Assembly (NCBI GenBank): GCA_964035545.1
Contig: OZ037770.1
Location: forward strand, 14,064,642-14,128,641
Direction: 5' to 3'
From: Bugula neritina
Lineage: Eukaryota > Animalia > Bryozoa
Length of the DNA stretch: 64,000 bases
In this document: piece by piece, positions 54,170-64,000 of the stretch
How the letters are laid out: each line of letters starts with the position of its first letter
Position numbering within the stretch: the first letter of the stretch is position 1
Notes under the pieces: model-generated
Database searches by the model: none
Seen by the model: the letters and a program-made list of their open reading frames with translations, nothing else
What the model was told of the DNA's origin: nothing
Made by a program: the position numbers and the translations under genes

Positions 54170-55868
54170 TTAGCTATCCTCTGTAACCGGAATCCATTCA
54201 TCTAAGTAAAAGTTACTACTATTAAACTGCTCAGAAAACCTACTGCCCTCTCTAGCAAATTTGGTAAAATAGAATGTCTTTCCTCCGGCCAGCCAAGCGG
54301 CCCAGAAGCTGAAAGTTCCGCCACTGATTATCGTATGATTGCACTTCGACAGTGCTGCCAAGTCTTCCGCTGCTGTGCCGTGTAACCAGGCAATCTTATA
54401 TCTTTGAGACAGCTTTCTCAGCAATGCTGCTGCAGTTTTAGGACTATCTGAAGAAGCTACGTATATGATAGACTCGGATTTCTTCAAGTGTGACTCAACC
54501 ATTCTTATAGCCTTTTCATAAAACGATGAGGTTGCCATTTGATATCCGTAGTCGCTGAAACGCGGAGAGCTTAAGTCACCCTTTCTAATATGTATTCCTA
54601 CAAAAGTAAGCTCTTGCATATTTCCAAAGAGCTTAGAAGCATTTCTGAGCGTTTCTATAGCATGATTTTCATAATAATCAGTAAACCGAAACATTTCTCT
54701 GACAGCATGCTGTTCCAATGGTGTCTGAAAATACTTCCAACTTTGCCGATAACCATAAATAGAAATGTTTGTCTTTGCCACTACTTCTATAGGACTATAG
54801 TCTGTAGCGTATCTCTCTTCCATCTTCTGCCAAGTTTTCATATCTTTTAATGGCAAAGTTAAAGTTTGAGAAGTAAATCCGAGAAAAATGCTGCCAAGGG
54901 TTTCAGTCCACTGACAATCCGGTACTGCAAATGTTCTGTTTTGAGTAGCCGCTGCCGCTATTGCTGCCGCAACTTGGAACATATGATTACCAAGTCTTGT
55001 AGCTCCACATAACCAACCTGAAACATAAACTATGTTATACTATGTACTTGTAAAACTGCATAATTTATTTGCTTAAAAAATTCTCTTTCAGGGGAGCAGC
55101 CTTGGTCTAGGGATTAGAGCCCTGGCTTAGTAAACAAAGGTCATCGGTTTGGTAATTGGTAATGTTAGGAAGAGCATCCAGTCATAATTGCTCCTGTACC
55201 ACCTATAACAAATTCGTTTTTAGCTTGCTTTAAAAAATTATTTTGCATTAGGGGCTATTACACGTGCAATGACTATAAACTTGTGTGAATTTTTCATGAA
55301 GTTCTCACTCTGCCAAGGTTGCAAATTTTAAACACATTTCGAACTATAACTATGCTATCTTTAACTCTAATATAATTATAGATTTCAAGCCTTTGATGTT
55401 TCTATTTTTCTGGTATGCAACAACTATTATTTTGTTTAGAATACGGCTTTGAATAATGTGAAGTAATGTGAGTTTAGGAAAGCAATTATACTTTAAAACA
55501 TATAGGCCTATAGTCATATTATAAGAATCTAGGTTACGCTATAATTGAGGTATAAAGTATATATTTTACTCACTAGCAGCAACTGTCACCATCTGATTCC
55601 CCTCTTCTGATTGCTTTAAAAGTTCAGATAGGCTCTCTTCTGATTCTCCAGTTATAAATGTATTTGCTGTTGTGGAGTTGTTGATGCTAAGAATAGATTT
55701 TCCATCGATGGCCATCAAATGAATAGAACGTAGTTTCCCAATAGAATAGATGCTATCTTTCCACATTGGAGGTTGTACCCACACTTCCACATAGAAGAGC
55801 GATACGTGTACAAATATAAAAGATGGAACAAACAGAAGCAGAAGAATTTTTGTTAACAGCTTCATCAT
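54170..55868 (-). CDS. Galactoside alpha-1,2-fucosyltransferase (GT11, FUT1/FUT2-like), type II membrane, 380 aa
   Basis: Two exons 55868-55574 and 55017-54170 (phase 1, GT-AG). N-terminal TM anchor ILLLLFVPSFIFVHVSLFYV. GT11 motifs RLGNHMFQ, GYRQSWKYF, FVGIHIRKGD, VASSD, EDLAALSKCNHTIISGGTFSFWAAWL. Confidence 0.92.
55091..55290 (+). mobile_element. tRNA-derived SINE copy (fucosyltransferase intron)
   Basis: GGGGAGCAGCCTTGGTCTAG...GGTAATGTTAGGAAGAGCATCCAGTCATAATTGCTCCTGTACCAC...GACTATAAACTTG; the B-box is degraded. Confidence 0.7.
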
Positions 55869-57522
55869 GGTGTTTGTAGAACCTCTCTAAAAGTAGAAAC
55901 ACACACCAGGATGTATTGAGAGAAGCAACTAATGGCTTGATTACAACTTTATGCATTCATAAGACCAGATATCATTTAGTTCTGCACGTTGCAAGAACCG
56001 AGCTATTTGTTTGATGGTATAATCTTCTAAAGCTTGACTTACATAATTACCAGACATACCAGCAATTTTGTACCAACTCAGTTTCTTTTGATATGGATGT
56101 TAGGAATATGGGTTGGCTAGAGTTTATATAAAACTAAGTTGTGACGACTTTTATTTATAGTTGAGTGTTTTAGTTGAAAACATTTGTAACTTATTTTAAT
56201 TTGATTATTGTGCAAATATAGAAAATATTTTCAAGATTTGTTTAAACTAAAGTCTAGCCTTTACAATAGTTCTGGGTAAATGAAAATTTTAGAGTTTAGG
56301 AAATTATAAAACTTATTAATAAAATGGTACCTACTGTTATTCACCTTGTATGTCAACTCAGTATAGCTTAAGACCTGAAGAGGTCAAATATTTCAGACTG
56401 TATATTATTGCTATATACAAGTCGTTTCTCGTATAAAATTGCAGCCCAACACATACTACATTGTGTACATCTGGTGGCAGTTATTTCTATGCATTTATTA
56501 CATAACTTTCATTAAACGGCCAATTATGTTATGCTGATAATTTCTCTTTCATCTCATTTTATGTCTCATTGCAACTACAGCGCTACTAGCTTACTTTCTA
56601 CAATTCAATACTAGCTTGAAACTATATTCAGAGAAAATGTACGCTATTCTTTAACTTCGAAATTATTTAGTTTCCTGTTAAAATGAGTGGGCTTAGAACT
56701 AGCTAATGAAGATTAATTTTCAGTATATTTGTTATATGCAACTTTTAAACTGAAAAATATTATTTTGAATTTATTCTTAGCCAAATTATTAAAACTACTT
56801 ATTCAAGAACTATTTGTTTTTTTATGAAAATTGTTGCAAATTATGGTTGTACTATGACCTTTTCTATTTATACTAAGTAGTTATCCCCCTTGTCATACAG
56901 CTGTCTTATGAATCAATTATAATAAAATATATTTAAAGTTTAGTTTAAGTACCAAATTTTTGGTTATGAACAGATAATCAAAACTTTTCAAAATATTTTT
57001 TGAATATTCAGTACAAATTTTGAAACTATTGAATTCAACAGTGGATACTTTTCAAGTATAAAGAATAGATAGTATATGGCTTTAAAAATGAAACAATGTT
57101 ACAATACTGCTACAAAAATGTGATAATTTGTTATAAAAAGTTGTGAAATCTAAGGTTATTACATCTGAACAATTTTTAGTAACTAATTCATCATTCATTT
57201 CGAAGGTTCCAGACTAACTTAATAGGAAGCTTTCAAGTTGAAGTTTATTCTATTGGTTTAGGATGCCTTCACCTGAATTTATAGTAGCATGTACTGTAAT
57301 TCTCTTTGCACAATATACAACTAGCTTAAAACCATTTCTAAACTGAAAAATGTAATATTATCTTAAAGAAATTGACTGAAAATTGTTAAAATAACAAATA
57401 CTATAAAAGTTTTATAAAAATATAAGCTAGACAATTAAAAAAACATAATCAACACCTTTTGTGATAACAATTGTCATTTATATGAGTCAATTTTCTCAAA
57501 ATACAAATAAACCAAGTAAATT

Positions 57523-58131
57523 TTAGGATGTTATTGAAGTGACGCTTTGCTCACTTAATTGTTTTTTATTAAAAGAATTTCTGCTTTTTCGAAGTTTGTT
57601 TATGATGACTGGAAGAATTGCAACACTTCCCAGAATTCCACAGCATCCGATAAATATCAGTCCGAACCTTTCTCCCGCTGCTTTGGCTATGGAAGCTGCA
57701 ACATTGAAAGTTAGGATGTGATAATAAACAACCAAAAATAATTTAGGCAAGCAATAATTGAATCTGCATAACATTATCGGGAACTACTTAAAGGGAAAAA
57801 TTATTAGCGGACCTAAAAGAAACTCGTTATCTTTTTATCTAAAGATGTGAATAAGAGTACTTTGATTTTGTAAGCAGTTGTTGGGCACTGGCTAATAAAC
57901 AGATTGTCTTTATAGTTGATTAACTAAATAATATATACACATTATATACACATATACACAATTACACAATTACACATATACATACACACATACAAATGCA
58001 CACATAAAACATATATACATATATACATGCATATATATGCTTATAATTATTATAGATACATACATACGTATACACACACATAGATACATATACAAAATAT
58101 ACTAATGGTATACACATATACACATATACAA

Positions 58132-58215
<84 letters not shown>

Positions 58216-61200
58216 ACCTGATATATCAGCCATGTTCTCATAATAAAACCTTTATTATAATGTTGGATTACTAAACACCGAATACTTACTAGCAGCGGGT
58301 ATTAAGGTCAAGGTCCCTATTCCCTGCGACATCATCTGTAGAGCAAACACCAGGTAGAGCTGATGAGCTCCGCAGAAGTCATGAGAAATTGCCAGAAGGT
58401 TGGTGAGTGTGGCTCCAGCCCCGACTCCCCAGAAAGCCGTCATTGTGTAGTACATAGTCTACAATACACATTTACAGAAATATAAGCAATGCATTTAAAA
58501 ACTTCATGGAGTGAAAAATCATCAATGATACTATCATGGATAGTTATACAAAATCTTTATATAGCTATCCATAGTCTAAAGTGAAGAAAAATATGCATAT
58601 ATTTGAGAAAATTGTTGACAAGGCTCTATGGTAAGATAGCACTTGTATATAAAACATTACATAATAATAACACACACTTTCACGATAATTATTTTCAAAA
58701 GTATAAAAATATAAAATTTACAGGGTGACTAAATATTTTTGCATTATGCGATCTGCAGCAGCACAATGCAGAGTCCCACATAACTTGCACTTTCTAGATG
58801 TAAGACGCCATTTCTAGGAATATTGTTGGTTTGGCTACTCTAGCATATCCCAATACGAACCTTTGTAATAGAGAATGGTGTGATAATAGAGGAAACCCCA
58901 AAAACAATGACTGTGAAGAAGTGAAGAATCAGTCTGTCAAATGAAAGACTGCTAGTGAAAACAGTCAGAAGGCAACCAACTACCTTGGCAACACCTGTAA
59001 GATTTAAAGTAATTCTGTCTGATTATGTATGATTTTACAAGAAACAAAATAGTTGGTATAACAAAAAACTAAAGGTATCTTTGGCATGCTTTATTTATTC
59101 ATTATTATAATATTATTTTAAACTTTAAATTTTTAAGCCAGCTCAGTCATTAGACAGTGTGTTGCAGCAATTAGGAATAGCATGCAATGAAGGTCAGCAA
59201 TGGTTACTATCAATTTTATAATACCAAGGACTGACCTGAAATATCATCAGCAATTATCGATCAGAAATCTCAAAATTATTCAAGAGATGTTTGAACAACT
59301 GATATTATGAAACAAAGTTGCTTAACATGCAACTATCAAACAGTATGTAGATGATGGCTAATTAGATTTATATGAATATTTCATTACTGCATAAATGAAG
59401 TGCATCAGGGATTTTTTAAAGTTGTCTTATCCTGAATAACCATGCCCTGACATGTAGAGTAATGCCTTGACATGTAGAGTAAAGTGCTGACATGTAGAGT
59501 AAAGTCCTGACATGTAGAGTAATGCCTTGACATGTAGAGTAAAGACCTGACATGTAGAGTAAAGTCCTGACATGTAGAGTAATGCCTTGACATGTAGAGT
59601 AAAGTCCTGACATGTAGAGTAAAGCCCTGACATGTAGAGTAAAGTCCTGACATGTAGAGTAAAGTCCTGACATGTAGAGTAAAGCCCTGACATGTAGAGT
59701 AAAGTCCTGACATGTAGAGTAAAGTCTTACCAAGTACAGTGATTCCTAGGGCAGCTTCATCTGTACTTAGTCCAATGACTTCTACAGAGTAGTCACTTGC
59801 TAATATCAAATAGCCTGAAGAGTTCACTGACCACAGCACTGAGTTCAAAACTAATAACCAGATCTGTAGAATAGACACACTGAACTTAAATAGCCTGTCT
59901 ACTACATTATATTGCTCCTGTGCCACATGCGAATAATTCCTTATAGCCCAGTTTAAAGACCTTTTGCATCAGGGATTCCTCCAGATATGATAGTGACTAA
60001 ACCTGCATCAATTTTAATGTTCCTATTATTAAAAAGTAAAGAGAACTTTATAATTAGTATTAAATTTCCACAGGAACCATACAAATATTCAGCATAAACA
60101 CTATAATACTCAACATATGCATGTTATAGCATTTATAGCGCTATTTATAGAAATATCTAGATATGCTGCCTATTATATTATAGTAAATAATATTGCTATT
60201 CTTACTTTTGGAAGTTTTACTACAGCTAAAAATTCATCTTTTAGGTTATGGGAGTTGTCATCTTTTAACTCTGATTGTGATTCCAGAATTTTAGTAGTGG
60301 AGGTCATTGTAGAGAGAGAAACTGTGGAGACATCTTTTAGTGTCACCTGAAATATTGATTCAGACAAAAGTTTAAAATACTGAAATATTTCAGTCTGACT
60401 GCCATGTATTTTGATACTAGCATATAAAGTGGATATTGTTTTACCACCAGCTGACTGTAAAATGCTGCTTATGTTTTATATATTATATTCAATATATAAA
60501 TATTGATAACTATAATAAAAAATTATCTAAGTTTTGATAATGTTGACAGTTTTATGTGTAGTATTGATGCTAGTGAAGAAGTGCAGTCATACTCAATTAG
60601 GGGTGTGATAGGTTGTAATATTCACAGGTAAAAACTGTAACATTTGGAGTTGTGTGCCCTATAATCATGGCGGTTTTCCAAGCACTATTTCTTATAAATA
60701 GAAATAAATAAAAACCTTATGTGAAAAGCACAAAGTTAAAGTTTTAATTACACATAAACAAAAATCATTTGTATATATAGGATTTCTACCACAAAGCCCG
60801 ATATCAATAGTGGATAGACACATTTTAAGCAAAACACGTGTAAATTACTAATAAAATATCTGCTAAATATTTGGTACCACAGGCTGCATTAGTATTAAAG
60901 TGCAGATTAAATAGTTTTAGAAGTTACATACATGTATATTATATTGTGAAAGAGTTGTGGACATGCGTATATCAGTTATTCATTCAACTGCTGCAGGCAA
61001 TAAAATGATAGTCACTATATAGACTAGCTTTGAATTGTATGTAATTATTTCAAGATATAAAATAATATATTTAGCTTCATTGATTTTAATATACCTTCAT
61101 AGAACCTCATCTGATGCCCATACTAGGGAACACGAAAGAACATAGTAATTAATTTAAAAGAGTCTACTATATACCAAAAACTGATACAATAGCTTCATGC

Positions 61201-63396
61201 AGTTGTTGACTTTATATTCTGTTAGTAACCATAGCAACAACACATCGTGGTTTGGCCTACGTTATTTGGCCTACTGATTTGGCCTACGTTATTTGGCCTA
61301 CGTTATTTGGCATACCGACAATTCTGAAAATTAATGATGTGGCCATAAAACGTGCTGAAATGCTTCATTGACTAACTTAAAACGTGAAGCTGCTATTAGT
61401 AGCTATTATAGTTCATGCACATCAGCTATATATGGAATAGCATGATCATCAATGTAATGTATAAAATGTATTACCTATGATTTATTTTTTCTCAATGAAA
61501 GATAAAAATGTTCAAACTGTAAAAAACAAACACTTTCATAGAATGACGTACTTTTTTATTACATAAGTATTTACATCAAAGGAGAAATGCATTGCAATGG
61601 TATCTTTAAGGTCATTTTAATAAGTGTTGTATCAATAGTTCCTTTGTGCTTGAGCATTGATGCAGTGAACATGCTATAGCCATGACATAATGTATACATT
61701 TAGGATAATCTAGGATAGACATTTAAGGCATAGCCTAGTTGCTTTGTACTAGTAACATATCATTTGAAGCATTATTAGCACTAAAGTTATATATATAGCA
61801 AAAGCATTTAAAAATGACTCTATTTCTATAATTTATAACCAAACTTTTAGCTTGAATAAATTTCTACTCACCTCAGAATTTGAGTGTTGATTTTGAACCC
61901 CTGTTGACACATTCTGACTCACAGTTGACACATTTTGACCCCCTTTTGACATATTTTGATCCCCTGTTGGCAGTTCTGGACATTCTGATATTTTTTCTTG
62001 GCTACTTAGGTTTTCTATAGGCAAAAAAATGACAATATATATTGCAAAAACCGTTTTTATGTCAATGTGTTTTTTTTAAATGAGTAAATTGTTTTTTTTT
62101 AACTAAAAAAAACTAAGCTTAGTTGCTACGTATGAAACTATTATGAATTTGTAAACTAAATATGATAATGATTATTTAATGCATTCAAAATATGTTATAT
62201 AATTGCAAGCTTAAACCATAATATATTTTGCCGAAACAAAATTTAATGATTGCGGTTTTTCAATTACAATTACTTCATCAAAAGATAACAAAAACAAAAA
62301 TTATTAAATTTTTTTACTTACTAGATAAGGTAGGCATCTGAGGCTCAAAGAATAAAACTCCTGCAATAATGTGTACCAAGTGGACTGAACACATGGAGGC
62401 CATGGCGTGTGAATATCCTAAGCTGTTGAACAGATTATTTGATATAATGGGCCACAACACAATACCGAGGAAATTCCCAATTCGACTCAGGGAAAACGCC
62501 AGGTACTTGTAACGGTCAAAGTAATGAGGGAGTATTTGGGAGGTGGCAGAATAGCAGCTCGACATTCCAATGCCTGAAAGAAAAGTAATTTAAAAAACTT
62601 CTCAGTATAATAGCTAAAATTTCCCTGTATGATACTTTTTGTTTTTTCTCTGCTAATATTTTTACCATGCAGTTGGCTATCACAGACCCTCATGTTGAAT
62701 TTGGTGATGCAGTTATTTTATATAGTTAAAGTTTTAACTGTGAATGGAAAACAACCAACCTACTTGAAGTTTAAAAACAATGCAGTGGTTATATGTTAAC
62801 ATTGACATTAAAATACCAAAATGGTAACAACAAAACTAAACTCTCTAAAATTTGAAAACAATTGCATTGATAATTTTGTTTAGCTCCACGTAAATTCTAA
62901 ATAGGCTATAAATCCTTATTGCCATGGCAAGGCAGGTTATGACACCACAATATTTCTTACTATGACATCTTTATAAGCTGCTTAATATACCCATAAATTG
63001 ATATAAGGTATGACACAAACAATATATCACCTCTACTAAACTGTAGTTACACTATACCTGCAAGAACCCCAAACATTACAATGACATGCCATGGCTGGGT
63101 AGCTGTGGCCGACAGACCAACACCGAGGATGACACAGATTCCTCCAAATATCTGAGTGAACCGGCAGCCTATCTTCTTGATTAGCACGGCAGCAACAGGC
63201 CCTGCAAGTAGCAGTTAAAGCATTTCCTGCTTGCAATTGAAGTTATATACTCTAAAGGGTGTACAACAGTTTTGCCAAATATATTGTGAATGCTCCATAA
63301 AAGACACACACATACACACACACACACACACACGCACGCACACTGACACACGCACACACACACACACACACACGCACGCACGCACACACGCACGCA

Positions 63397-63428
<32 letters not shown>

Positions 63429-63720
63429 CACACATGCACGCACACTGACACACGCACACACACAACTTGAACTTTAATTTACTGAAATAAACTGAATAGC
63501 AAATATACCTACCAAAGAGCATCAAAGTTCCGATGTGCACTGATCCTATCACACTGCTATACTGTAAGTCTATGCTAAACACTTTTTGGTGAACGATGGT
63601 CAAGTTTCCCACAACTCCAAAGCTAAATCCCAAGTGCACAAACTGAGAAAATGTGGTTAACAGAAGAACTAGCCAGGCATACCCCCTGTCCTTCTCTAGT
63701 TGCGGCTTCTTGCAAAACAT
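57523..63720 (-). CDS. Monocarboxylate transporter (SLC16/MCT family, MFS), ~498 aa
   Basis: Nine exons 63720-63513, 63201-63058, 62573-62322, 62014-61872, 60346-60206 (a longer in-frame acceptor at about 60454 is also possible), 59863-59731, 58994-58861, 58458-58290, 57695-57523 (1497 nt). MCT signatures [35 protein letters not shown]; central hydrophilic loop; 6+6 hydrophobic segments. Confidence 0.88.
57930..58215. repeat. Compound (CA/TA)-rich microsatellite ending in pure (TA)n
   Basis: Direct inspection. Confidence 0.85.
59441..59728. repeat. 20-bp minisatellite (AAAGTCCTGACATGTAGAGT), 14 full units plus a partial
   Basis: Exact 20-nt periodicity; source of the three repetitive minus-strand ORFs. 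Confidence 0.95.
59907..60015 (+). mobile_element. 5'-truncated copy of the same SINE
   Basis: ATTGCTCCTGTGCCACAT...ATCAGGG...GATAGTGACTAAAC matches the 3' half of the 41247 copy. Confidence 0.55.
61250..61315. repeat. 13-14-bp tandem repeat (TTTGGCCTACGTTA) x~5
   Basis: Direct inspection. Confidence 0.85.
63305..63463. repeat. Compound (CA)n/(CGCA)n microsatellite
   Basis: Direct inspection; lies in MCT intron 1. Confidence 0.9.
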
Positions 63721-64000
63721 TTTGCTTATGGTCTGTTTGTCTACTGAAAAAAATTAGTGAAATATATTAGGTATTTATACTATATTTGATAAAAGAAATT
63801 ACTCATTTACTTGACTACAAACTTGTTTCGCTCAATAAAGTATAATCATTGGGTCGTTTTATATATTACATATTATATATATACACATATCTGTACATAC
63901 ATATGCACTAATAACTTAATTGCTCTTAGATCCTACATATTTTAGTACACAGCAGTAGTTAATTGCTGAAGTTATTTTAGCAACTGTTCTTCGTCACAAG

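Noticed and set aside
59405-59733. Repetitive ORFs ([19 protein letters not shown]) and CRISPR-like appearance
   Set aside because: Head-to-tail 20-bp minisatellite with no unique spacers, in a eukaryotic intron. Only 59731-59863 is coding.
61095-61122. 28-nt AG...GT-bounded micro-exon candidate in the MCT gene
   Set aside because: It would shift the frame between two phase-0 exons; no support.

Overview
Eukaryotic, AT-rich, intron-rich invertebrate DNA (a lophotrochozoan such as a bryozoan or mollusc is plausible, but this is inference). Most listed ORFs are microsatellite or antisense artefacts. By walking GT-AG boundaries by hand I reconstructed seven frame-consistent spliced genes. (1-2) A tandem pair of secreted antistasin-like + WAP-like Cys-rich proteins (3.7-5.3 kb and 9.7-12.9 kb, +). 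(3) A divergent sorbitol/polyol dehydrogenase (16.2-21.7 kb, +). (4) A SAM-domain scaffold locus joining a SAMD5-type N-terminus to SASH1-type middle and C-terminal motifs, with no SH3 or central SAM (24.4-43.6 kb, +). (5) A 16-exon secreted reprolysin (M12B/ADAMTS-like) metalloprotease ending in two atypical PLAC-like repeats (44.6-53.8 kb, +). (6) A GT11 alpha-1,2-fucosyltransferase (54.2-55.9 kb, -). (7) An SLC16/MCT-type MFS transporter (57.5-63.7 kb, -). Repeats include a tRNA-derived SINE family (at least 5 copies), two copies of a 345-bp MITE, a tRNA-Ala-like element, a 496-bp perfect (AC)n, and a 20-bp minisatellite fused to a splice donor. The best candidates for something new are the stop-codon-in-splice-donor / intronic poly(A) module switch in the Cys-rich inhibitor genes, the SAMD5+SASH1 composite locus, and the protease's variant C-terminal module. 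No database searches were run, so family assignments and comparisons to human proteins rest on recalled motifs.
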